From NCBI GenBank assembly GCA_008369845.1, contig MRSU01011640.1, forward strand, positions 1 to 33,063: a stretch of 33,063 nt of DNA. Reading direction: 5' to 3'. This document shows, in pieces, positions 10,514 to 20,488 of the stretch. The position numbers were made by a program, and so were the translations under genes. Position 1 is the first letter of the stretch, and the number at the start of each line of letters is the position of its first letter. Source of the stretch: Trichomonas gallinae. Its lineage: Eukaryota. Below the pieces are notes generated by a model. That model made no database searches. It was not told the DNA's origin and saw nothing but the letters and a program-made list of their open reading frames with translations.

Positions 10514-11891
10514 TAGAGAATGATGCAAAAATGATTATTTCTGACAATGTCCACAAACCCATTTTTTTAATAGAAAAAGAGGGCCAATTTTCTTCTGAAA
10601 TTTTCAATGAGACACACAATACTGGCTCACTTACCAAAACACTTGTTATTTTGTTTACATCCCTGAAAGGAGTAATATTTAGTCAATACAATTTCAATAC
10701 AAAAAAATTTTAAGAAAATTTTGTGATGCTGAATCCGCTTTTTCTGAAATTTTTTTAAAAATTATTAACATTTGATAATCATTCATTGAGATGAACAAAG
10801 TCATGTGAATGCATCTAATAATCTCTCAGAAATATAATCTAAGCTGCCTCTCAAAATCGTAAATATTCAAAGTATTATTTTCCATATGCTGTCTAATGAT
10901 ATTTTTATAATTTATTTATTAGAACCGAACCTTTTATATCAATTGTTGTTTATTTGTTGTATGAATAACTGCATGAAATGCATCTAAATTTAGGAAGTTA
11001 GCCCAATGGCCCACAAAAGTTGTCAGAAAATTTAAGAATTAAAACTATCACAAAACATTCCTGGATATGTAAATAGAGTAATTTGTACAATAACTGAACT
11101 CACATTGAATCAAGAAATTCGTTTATAAACATGAGCACTAGCGTAGGTAGCATATAATTCTGTCTCCTTGGCCATAAATATGATAAAATATTATTAAGAT
11201 TTTGTGTCAACAATTGATAATCAATAATCCATTGTGCAATTCTTCTTCTAAGGGCCAGATAAAGTGGTCCCCATGTGTTTTTTGCCCTAATGCTGAATTT
11301 ACCTGTTTCTTCACAGGATTGATATATTGATTTGCTAATTTAAGTCATGTATAGTGTTCACTTATCATAAGTAATTGTTTTGCACATGTAAAACATAATT
11401 TCGCCTGATGATCTCTTTTCAGGAAAAAGATTACAAAATTTTGTTCTTTTATAGGCCATATGCATGATAAAATAGTTCGGAATAAATGATTTCTCCCCTC
11501 TAAACCTTCGCTTATCGATTTTTTGAGAATCGGCAATCTAACAAATCACTTGTTTCATTGTTTTCATTGAATAGGTACCTACCAGTAGATAATTTATAAT
11601 GTTAATCTGGGGATAATACTCTTATTTATTGAAAAACATTTTGCAACAATTTCTTCTCGTAATATTTGAACATAATTATCCTAAATATAGAATATATATA
11701 CAAACTGTTCATATATATGTGCGATCCAGCCCTGTAAAATGTTGTTTTCAAAAGTTCATCAAAAAAACTGCCGATATAACTTGTAAATCTTTTATAATAT
11801 GAATGTACTCAACTATCGATAAAATATTTTGCATGTGAAAGCCGAAAATAACAAACAATATTTTATTCTTATTAATCTCATAAGGTATAAC

Positions 11892-12941
11892 TTATGAAAC
11901 ATCAGCGAGAAATGGGTGTTTAAGGATCTCCTCAGCAGTTATTCTCTCTTCTGGATTGTATTTAAACATTTTTTTAAGGAGATCCCACATCAACTCGTAA
12001 TCTTTGGAACCCTCAACAATCAAATCATCTAATTTAGTTATCCTAGGACCCCAGTGCACAGTTGTCGCTGGGTTACGCCTGTTTATCTTGCACCATTTTG
12101 ATTCATCCATTAATCTATCGCCTTCGAAGAATTTGTCCTTGAATGGGGCATTTTTTAGCATCTTCTGTGGAAATGGGCCTACGATCCTGGCCATTACGCG
12201 TAAGAGCTGATGTTCATGCTCGCAAAAAAACAAAGGCAAGCTGAGAGCAAATTCAGCGATGGTGCAGGCAAGTGACCAAATATCAGCAGCTGTTGTAACT
12301 GGGTAACCAAGAATAATTTCTGGAGCACGATAATATCTTGACGTGAAGTATCCTGAAGCATTAGTATCCTGAAAAATGCAGCCGCCGAAGTCGATTAGTT
12401 TGGATATTGTCGTATTTCGGACGTGCGAAATGTTTTCTGGCTTGATATCAGCGTGAACAAGGCCAAGTTTATGGAGAGAGCAGCAAGCTTTTGCCACATC
12501 TCGAAATATTGGCCTGATCATGTTCAAACCCATAGCAGCAAAATTCCTTTTCTTGAGGAGCTGATAAAAATCTGGACCTAATTCTTCATAAAGGATAACT
12601 ATATGTCCCTCGTATTCGAAACACCCGTCCATTCTTACCATATTCCATCTTTCCTCTTCTGTTAGCTCCGATTTCAGCTTCAACATTATATTTACTTCAT
12701 ATGTGCCTGGTTCTTTACCAATATTAGACCTAAAGACTTTGCAAGCGTATATTTGCTTATATTTATCATCAATCACACAGTATACATCACCAAATGTTCC
12801 AGATCCATATTTTTCTAAAACAGTATAATTAAATCCTTTGTCATCAGAGAGAACATCGCCCTTACAAACAATTAATCGGCCATCATTAGTGTCTGCACCG
12901 CCAGAGGCGGTGCTATAGCTCGTGTCTGTTAATACATACAT
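11892..12941 (-). CDS. CMGC protein kinase, DYRK/Yak1-like
   Basis: GSGTFG, YACK, HADIKPEN, LIDFG, YFTSRYYRAPE and DIWSL; N-terminal VLT...G.D...G.LIV..GD.L box typical of Yak1/DYRK; first ATG at 12941. Confidence 0.92.
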   Translation of the reverse strand: MYVLTDTSYSTASGGADTNDGRLIVCKGDVLSDDKGFNYTVLEKYGSGTFGDVYCVIDDKYKQIYACKVFRSNIGKEPGTYEVNIMLKLKSELTEEERWNMVRMDGCFEYEGHIVILYEELGPDFYQLLKKRNFAAMGLNMIRPIFRDVAKACCSLHKLGLVHADIKPENISHVRNTTISKLIDFGGCIFQDTNASGYFTSRYYRAPEIILGYPVTTAADIWSLACTIAEFALSLPLFFCEHEHQLLRVMARIVGPFPQKMLKNAPFKDKFFEGDRLMDESKWCKINRRNPATTVHWGPRITKLDDLIVEGSKDYELMWDLLKKMFKYNPEERITAEEILKHPFLADVS

Positions 12942-14506
12942 GAGCACAAAAAATATAGCGATTCAAAATTAATGTAAAAATTCCGCCATTATATTGTAAT
13001 CAAAATTGAAAGAGATTGGTAAGAAAAATCGACTAAAACTGTCTGTAGCATAGGTGGTGACAGGCCACTCCTGCTATATACGGCTGCAATGGATGATTTT
13101 CTTGGCTCTCTCCTGAAATATATTTCGAAAATAAATTATAAAAAATATTTTGGTTTGTATAAGTATCATATTATTTCTACATTGTAGAATGTTTGTTTAT
13201 TACGCTTTCGAATGCTGTAGTCTCCAAAAAATATTTTTTAGAATATTCGAAGAGATTTTGTATTTGAATAACATCTTCTATATGCAACTCTCATGAAATA
13301 TCCTTTTTTTAAGCGTTGAAATCGTTAAACTTTTGCTCATATAAGAATTTCAGTAATAAATTTCACTGTAGTTCTTTGTTGTGTGTGTTAATGCAGGCTA
13401 CTGGTGTTGTAGATCACAAAAATGGACGATTTCGTTGTCTAGCAGGTGAAAATTCTAATCATACCATAATCATATAATAATAAACGGAAATAAGAAAAGA
13501 TATTTTTATAATATTATATTTTTTATGATTTTTGATTTTTAATAATCATTAGCTTTAAGATAGGGGAGATTTAAAGCGACCAAAATAGTTCATTTTAGAC
13601 ATAGACATATAAAACATGATGAAAAATGGAAAACATTTATTGCGCATAATTATTTTGAATAAAGCTGAATGATTGATGCGATAATGATCATTTACGCGAG
13701 ATTTTACTACAATTGAAGCAGATGATTATAGTCATGGCTTTCAGCATCAACTAAATCTACACGAATTCGATGATATTTTGATAAAGAAGTACTTAAGATT
13801 GATCACAATTCATTTTTTTCGCTATTGCTATAATATGATATGAATCAATCTGGATTGTTATGTCAACTATACTAATGGTTAAAGATATTACCTCAGAAAT
13901 TCACCATTTTCCAATTTGTTTGAACTTGTTCTTGTTTCGCTAAAATGGTTATCTTTTACGGCAAATATTGCAGTAATTAAACCATTTGTGAAGTTTTTCA
14001 ACAAATTTTATCTATCTTGTATTATTGCTAAAATTATCTTCGAGAGATACGGCCACTCTTCGTTATTGACCCTCATCATTGCATATATACGTCTTATAAT
14101 ACGATTTAGAGGCTTTAAAAGTCTTTGAGAGTTTAATTTGCAAAATAATGCCAATCTATATTCGAAGGATCTATATCCTTGCCGATATAATCACTATATA
14201 TAGTCAAACAAATGCATATGCCAGAAAATAACTGAATTGATCCCGACTGAGAGTAAAAATAATTTTAAAAATGTAATTATAGATTTAGACTTCAGTTATT
14301 ATGATATTATGAGTGTCAGTCTTTTGCTTTTTGCATATACAAAGGATAGTTCACGTATGAATATATCAAATTAAGTTAAGCATAAAATTGGAGTCGGTGT
14401 TTTTATAATAATGAACGGACGTATATTCGAAATTTCTTTTAAATTGAGAATTTTATGAAAATAGGTTTATTTGTCACTTTTCGTAGCGCTTTTTCTACAT
14501 TTATTT

Positions 14507-15103
14507 TTGTCACGGAAGAAAGTTAAGAAGCCTGATAAGAAGGATTTTTTACAAATATTTGGGAACTTTAGTACCAAACCCTTCGATTGGGACCACTTAA
14601 ACCAAAATTCGCGACATGATATAATACAAATGTGCATTAAACTTAGAATACCTGTTAATATGGAGACAATGAGCAAACTAGATCTTATAAATGCTCTCAG
14701 ACAATACCCGAAAATGATTACTACGTCCAATTCTGTTTCCCCTTTCATGAATTCAGATCGGCTACACAAATATGAGTACCCACTGCTGCCAACATCCAGC
14801 AAAAACACACTCAATAATAATAAAAAGAAAACTGCAGCTGAGGAAAAAACCACAGAAGTTGAAGATTCAAATCCGACAAAATCAGATGAATCGTCAGACA
14901 AGAATGATGAGGAGCCAATTACCAAAAAACAAAGAATTACATCAAAAATTGCGTCAATATTTAGGCAATTTCTTCATTATTCCGGAGTTGTGTTGACATT
15001 TACGAAAAATCTAATCATACAGGAATGGGTGGCGATCTTATTTTACATATATATAATAGTAGTATTTGCTATATTAGTTTATTTTGTTATTGCTCCAGAA
15101 TAA
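14507..15103 (+). CDS. Hypothetical protein with a HeH/LEM-like helical motif and a C-terminal transmembrane helix (start uncertain)
   Basis: Open frame 14471-15103; FDWDHL...SRHDIIQMCIKLRIPV....SKLDLINAL resembles HeH/LEM/SAP motifs; hydrophobic WVAILFYIYIIVVFAILVYFVI tail; first in-frame ATG only at 14630. Confidence 0.6.
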   Translation: MSRKKVKKPDKKDFLQIFGNFSTKPFDWDHLNQNSRHDIIQMCIKLRIPVNMETMSKLDLINALRQYPKMITTSNSVSPFMNSDRLHKYEYPLLPTSSKNTLNNNKKKTAAEEKTTEVEDSNPTKSDESSDKNDEEPITKKQRITSKIASIFRQFLHYSGVVLTFTKNLIIQEWVAILFYIYIIVVFAILVYFVIAPE

Positions 15104-15646
15104 TTATTCAAGAATTATTTTGGCTATTTTCCATTGCATGTTATGTTATTTATATAAATGTTTGTTTATATTACGCATATATCATAATCAATTTCTAAGT
15201 AGTTCAAACAATTATTTTTCTTCAAATCCGTTTTATTAATACAGACAAATCTACACTTAATGGTGTAATATATTCATAGAATGGAACAACTTGACATTTC
15301 AGTTTTCCTGATTTACGTTTAACTTTTACAAAATATTTTCAAAATTAAAGAAAAAGAATGAAATATATAATGAAATAATATATAATTGAGTTCTTTTGAG
15401 CTTAGTGGCAAGTTTGCCATTGATTTTATTATGATTTCAAAGAAGGACTCAGCAAATTCTGCATTTTAAAAATAGTTCATATATATTTTGCGCGAAATTA
15501 TATTTTTCTACTAGGAAATGCTTTGTAATACCTATAGTGCTTCACATGATGATGACAAGCAAGTCGTAAAAAATATTTGACATTTTATTTTTTACACGTC
15601 AGATTTATATCTACACGTCAAAAATAAAAAAATGCCCGACGATAAA

Positions 15647-15665
15647 AACGGTTACTCGGCCATTA
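15647..15665 (+). promoter_or_regulatory. M3-like (Myb-type) core promoter element followed by a weak Inr-like CCATT, upstream of the intron
   Basis: AACGGTTA at 15647-15654 fits the T. vaginalis M3 consensus RRCSGTTD as I recall it; CCATT at 15660-15664; a duplicated TACACGTCA lies upstream at 15593 and 15612. Confidence 0.4.
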
Positions 15666-15682
15666 TTATACAAGTAGAAGCA

Positions 15683-15814
15683 GTATGTATACGCATATTT
15701 TTTCTTGATTAACCCGCAATGACGATAAAAATCCGTGTTGCTGCACACTGATGATAATGACGCCTGAGCGAAAGTAATCAAGAAAAAAAAATTAATTTTC
15801 AAACTAACACACAG
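15683..15814 (+). other. Spliceosomal intron (132 nt), trichomonad conserved type
   Basis: 5' splice site GTATGT at 15683-15688; exact 12-nt fused branch point/3' splice site ACTAACACACAG at 15803-15814, the T. vaginalis intron consensus. Confidence 0.88.
15715..15770 (+). ncRNA. Intron-encoded box C/D snoRNA, U18/snR18-like guide
   Basis: Terminal stem CGC (15715-17)/GCG (15768-70); box C ATGACGA 15719-25; guide TCCGTGTT 15732-39; D'-like CTGC 15741-44; C' CTGATGA 15748-54; box D CTGA 15764-67; enclosed by a 14-bp external stem. Confidence 0.75.
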
Positions 15815-16316
15815 AGTTTTCTTCTTATCTAATAATTTGCCAAATACAAGGCACTAACCTCATCCCAAGTGCTATAGCCACTCTTCTCATTAAAATGTAA
15901 CTATTCAATTTTATTTTTTTGATAATTTTACATGATATCAGTTGTACCATAGCTTCATTGTCATATAGTTCGATTCCACAAAGGGAAAAAGATCGAAAAC
16001 CTACATTTTTCAGTTAATTTGAAAATTGAATATTATTTGTTTTCATAGACTACTTGTGTGTAGATTAATGTAACATGCACTTATAAAATCTCATTTAGAA
16101 ATCTCATTTTGCTTATGACAATAAAATAGCTTCTGTGACTGGTTTTTATCATATGATGAATCATCGATGTGAAGGAAAATCTAAGCCATCATTCATATAT
16201 TAACAGTATATCAGGAATTCCATCAATATGGCTTAATATTCAATCTTAAAATGCATGAACTAATATGACTGCACCATAATCTTTCAAAAATTTCATTTTT
16301 CATGGTGCAATCATTT

Positions 16317-16785
16317 CTAAGCAGTATTGATGAAAATACCCTTTGCATTGACATCTATTCCACGAACTGAAAGATGAAGTTTAATTGTTACAAGGTGACA
16401 TTTTTTTAAAGCACAAATCAATGGGGTATTGTAGTATGTGCTTTTTTCGTTTATATCAATTCCATGAACTGTGAAAAGGGATTTGACAAGATATTCAAGA
16501 TATTTTGTAGCATGATTCAAAGCAGTTCTGGTGTTGTTCGACAACTGTGAGAACGAGTTTGACAACTCCGCGATGACTTTCTTCGAAAGCACAAATCCAA
16601 ACCGTAAAGTTCCATTCGTTTCTTGTGATAAAATCTCTTCTTGGAATAATGTAAAGAATATTTTGACAACTTAATGATGACCTCTTTTTGAAGCATAAAA
16701 CAAAGCTGTATATCTTGTAGAATATTTTGCGTTGATATCTATTTCAGGAATTGTGAGAAGTAGTATAACAGATATATGATCCACG
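16317..16785 (-). pseudogene. Ankyrin-repeat protein pseudogene
   Basis: Reads LLLTIPEIDINAKYSTRYTALFYASKRGHH*VVKIF...FTVWICAFEESHRGVVKLVL, then after a frameshift TALNHA...VKSLFTVHGIDINEK..YNTPLICA...HL..IKL.LSVRGIDVNAK; in-frame stop at 16671-16673; no start codon. Confidence 0.85.
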
Positions 16786-16822
16786 CATGACAATTGTGCA
16801 GTATTGTCAGAGAAAGGTTTAC

Positions 16823-18301
16823 ATGTCAAATCTTAAATACCCCCTGATTAATTTAGTCAGACCCACAGATTTCGTTTTGTACGCAACAAGGGTAAAAGTT
16901 TCTGATGCAGGAATCGTTGATATCAAATATAGCGCACTCGGTGATCTTATATTGATCGCCTCGGGTGATTGCTCGATATTTATATATAAAATTGAGGAAA
17001 ATAAATTCATATATCAAACAAATCTTCCATCTAAAATAAATTCAGCGATATTTGTGTCTGGACTAGATTCAAAGATTGTAGTTGCTTGCCAAAATGGAGT
17101 CGTTTACACTATCGATGTTCTCAAAAATACTACAGAACCAGCATTTTCACATCCTAATAATAGTTCAGCGACATATATCACTGGTTCACCTCATTTCCTT
17201 TATATTGTTGGTTTTCAAGACGGCTCAATCGGAATAAGAAGTAATTTAAAAACAAAAACACATTTTTTACGCTCATATAGTTACGCAATCACATCCATAG
17301 CTATAGAAGAAGAAGAGACGCATTTTGCTGCATCATCAGTTGATGGCATAGTTCGATATTACAACTTATTGCAACCAAATGTTACTAATTCCAAATATCA
17401 ATGCGTAAATTCGTCATTTGTTTGTGTCCAGCCAATCGCACACATTGCTTTTATGCCAACATCGTCTCAGTTGCTTGTTGCAAGTTTGGATGAATTTATT
17501 CGAGTTTTCAAAATGCCATTTTTCGATGGTGCTGTGATTTCGCAGATGTTTCAAACCGGTTCTATGCTATCGCATTTTGATTATGTGAAACATTTGCCGA
17601 TAACATCAAAAGGTCCACAATTCATATTCATCCAAGGACAACAAGGCAGTATTTACCTTCTAGATATCATATTTGGCGATATTCTCAGCAAATTCGATAT
17701 TTTTGACCATTCAGGAGTTGCAATCTGCTGTAATCCGAAATGTTTACAAATTGCTGCTGGTGGTGGACCTGGTGATGGCACACTAGCAATAATTACGCTA
17801 CCAGACGAAGCTCTTGCGAAGAGAATGGAAAATGCAAAAACATTAGTCCTAAGAGTTTATAATTCTGCTTCCACCATCGGCAAACAGTTACAAGTTCAAC
17901 AATATACCCAAAGAGCCAATGAATTAGTCTATCCACTATATAATGCACAAACAGAAGTTGAACAACCTGCTGCAAATCCTAACATACCATATCCATATGC
18001 TACAGAAGAGGCTCACATCAGACAGAAAATTTCTCATTCGATTGAGCAAATTAATCAAAATTTTCCAGAAAAACAGCCTAATGATCAAAGTAAAAACGAG
18101 ACACATAATACTGAAACTCCATCAATTCCAGTAACTGCAGAAAAGACTTCATCTATTCCAGATAAAAAACAAAGTAAAGAAAAGGACAAAGGTCAAGCTC
18201 CTAAAGCTGAAGATGAGGAGCATATCCCCGAACCAAAAATTATCGGTGTTATTAAGCCCAAAAAGAGAGGTAGACCACCAAAGCCAAAGAATAATAATTA
18301 A
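16823..18301 (+). CDS. WD40 beta-propeller protein (WDR5/Swd3-like pattern) with a C-terminal AT-hook
   Basis: IKYS..G..I.IASGDCSIFIY, AASSVDGIVRYY, LVASLDEFIRVF, IAAGGGPGDGTL; disordered tail ending KKRGRPPKPK. The start may be 16787 or 16823. Confidence 0.8.
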   Translation: MSNLKYPLINLVRPTDFVLYATRVKVSDAGIVDIKYSALGDLILIASGDCSIFIYKIEENKFIYQTNLPSKINSAIFVSGLDSKIVVACQNGVVYTIDVLKNTTEPAFSHPNNSSATYITGSPHFLYIVGFQDGSIGIRSNLKTKTHFLRSYSYAITSIAIEEEETHFAASSVDGIVRYYNLLQPNVTNSKYQCVNSSFVCVQPIAHIAFMPTSSQLLVASLDEFIRVFKMPFFDGAVISQMFQTGSMLSHFDYVKHLPITSKGPQFIFIQGQQGSIYLLDIIFGDILSKFDIFDHSGVAICCNPKCLQIAAGGGPGDGTLAIITLPDEALAKRMENAKTLVLRVYNSASTIGKQLQVQQYTQRANELVYPLYNAQTEVEQPAANPNIPYPYATEEAHIRQKISHSIEQINQNFPEKQPNDQSKNETHNTETPSIPVTAEKTSSIPDKKQSKEKDKGQAPKAEDEEHIPEPKIIGVIKPKKRGRPPKPKNNN

Positions 18302-18398
18302 TGTTTATATAAATATATCGCGTTTTGTTAGTTCTCCATTGTTATGTTATAAATATTAGATTAGATTCATATGATAATCAGGTTTTTCATTTCTTTAA

Positions 18399-18716
18399 AA
18401 TCTACCCTATTTTAAATTACCAGATCCTGCTTTATATCATAGACTCAATTTTAGATTATTAGATCCTGCTATATTTTTCATCACCAAAACAAGTTCAGCA
18501 AGCATATACGCTAGTGACAATGGTAATAGGTGCAATCAATCAACTCTATGTATTGTTTGTCAAAAATTCAATCCAACATCGACTTGCGAAATATACCATC
18601 ATCAGATGTGCTCAAACTGTCGTTTCCAATGTAAACAATGCAACAAAACAGTTTGTCGATTTTGTTTACATGACCATGATGAAGACATGCTTATTTGCTA
18701 CAAATATCTTCCATAA
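18399..18716 (+). pseudogene. Start-less Cys-rich zinc-finger frame (Siva-like), probable pseudogene
   Basis: The open frame encodes CIVCQKFNPTSTCEIYHHQMCSNCRFQCKQCNKTVCRFCLHDHDEDMLICYKYLP*; CxxC spacing resembles Siva; two expected Cys are Tyr; no upstream in-frame ATG. Confidence 0.6.
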
Positions 18717-18883
18717 ACACTCATATACACCTCAATTTACATATATGTGATGTACATCACATGCTAACAAACAAGATTTTTTTGCGATTTTGATATACAA
18801 CTTTACATGTCAAATATATTGTCACTTTTATTGCAAAATCAATCGATATTGAAAAGTTTACAAAATAAAATTGCTCAGACTCA

Positions 18884-19273
18884 ATGATTTTAGGCTTGTG
18901 CTTATTCTTTGTGTCAGTCGCCATTCTTATTCATGTATACATTTGGATACTTGAGTCATTCCTATGGGATACGCCACGCGGAATGAAAACATTCAAGATG
19001 GATTCTCAAAAAGCCAAAATAACAAAGGAGATGGCAGTTAATCAGGGTTTGTATAACCTCATGCTTGCCATAGTTGCATTTACTGGAGTCGTATTGTTAT
19101 CGTTGAATAATATTGTTGCTGGTGCAAGTTTGATTTTTGCCGGCGCTGGATCCATGGCTACTGCTGGAGTATTCTTATTTGTAACATCAAATGATAAGAA
19201 GAAACCTGCTATGATCCAATTAACACCTCCATTACTTGGAGTTGTCTTCCTTCTTGTTTTTTTGCTGATGTAA
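18884..19273 (+). CDS. DUF1304 family small membrane protein
   Basis: IHVYIWILESFLW..PR..KTF, TKEMAVNQGLYNL.LA and four hydrophobic helices match the bacterial DUF1304 signature. Confidence 0.85.
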   Translation: MILGLCLFFVSVAILIHVYIWILESFLWDTPRGMKTFKMDSQKAKITKEMAVNQGLYNLMLAIVAFTGVVLLSLNNIVAGASLIFAGAGSMATAGVFLFVTSNDKKKPAMIQLTPPLLGVVFLLVFLLM

Positions 19274-20488
19274 ATCATCATTGCCATTTATCTGACTTTA
19301 TTACGTATACATTGCTAACTAGAATAGCAAATTTCACATTGAAAATATTATAACACAGAATATGAAGGTATAATATAGCTTAAAATATTAATATGCAACA
19401 TAATATTCAATAGACATAATTAGTAAATTCAAATCAATAAAATTTTCAATGAGGAAAAAATATCAATCGATTAGCAAAAATTTAAAAGAATAGAACTATT
19501 TTGTAGTTGTTAAAGGCTCATAAAAACTTTACCTAATGACATTAAAGCTAATTTTGGAAAATATAGATTTTAGCCAACAAAAAACAACCAATTTACTGAT
19601 TACAGGCATAGAGTATTACAGATTTCAAGTCGAATGGAGAAATTGTTCCAAAATTTACGGTCGATATTTTAATAAGAAATTAAACATATTGGTTGTTACC
19701 TATTTGCACTTTACATAAAGCATTACTCTGGCACAATAAGTGACAACAAGCATGACAGGGGTTTGGATCTCGGCGTTGTTCGAGAAATTTGATATGTGAT
19801 CGCAAAATAACGGGTAAAATTCACGATAAAAATGTTTATTCGACTCTCATGTAATAGTCTTAGTGTATTATTTCTCATAAAAACCTTACTTTTATCATTT
19901 TTATATTCAATGAGAGATCGTTTTTCTCAGTGATGGAAGTGTCAGAAAAATGGATCATCGGAAACCGGCTTAAAACACTCTATTGATAGATATTATCGTG
20001 ATTTAAAATATAATGAGGGGCGGAAATTGTAAAAATGGAGAAAAATTAAAACTGGTTTTAACCAAATATTTCATGCGGAAATACTCCAGGAGTTGCGAAA
20101 ATCAACTCAGTAGCTTCGTCTCATTTATCAATTATTTAGGGGTAACAACTTTTTAAGAGGGGAATAACCAAAATTCATTTTAACTCCTATTATATTGCTT
20201 TGTGACCTACAGCAACAATGAAAAATTCGTTAGAAAGCGAAAGAAGAAAATGAAAATAATCACTTTTGAATTGAAAAATACGTTATTATTGTTTGTTGTT
20301 GGCGATCGTAATGAAAGTGCTACAAATTCCCAAACAGATATGTTTTATTAAAATCACTTTTGTGTCTAGTAAAATCCGTTAATCCGCCTGAAAAAAACTT
20401 TCGAACGATATGCTTCCAACATGTTGAAAAACATTTTTTAAAGTATAAAACCAAAAGTGAGATAAAAAAGAGATAATTGAGAGAAAAA

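Noticed and set aside
11040..11570. Short minus-strand frames with slightly raised GC
   Set aside because: Multiple stops and no identifiable domain.
13086..13110. Resemblance of GCAATGGATG..TCTTGGCTC to the 5' part of 5.8S rRNA
   Set aside because: Short, gapped match with no continuation into GATGAAGAACG; not an rRNA gene.
14465..14486. Possible 22-nt GT..AG intron that would join ATG 14455 in frame to the 14471 ORF
   Set aside because: No CTAAC-like branch motif, and the interval contains an M2 promoter motif; likely coincidence.
15611..15802. 63-aa minus-strand ORF over the intron/snoRNA
   Set aside because: Non-ATG start, low complexity; the + strand signals explain the region.
18762..18775. 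GCTAACAAACAAG as a branch/3' splice motif
   Set aside because: Wrong spacing to AG and no 5' splice site.
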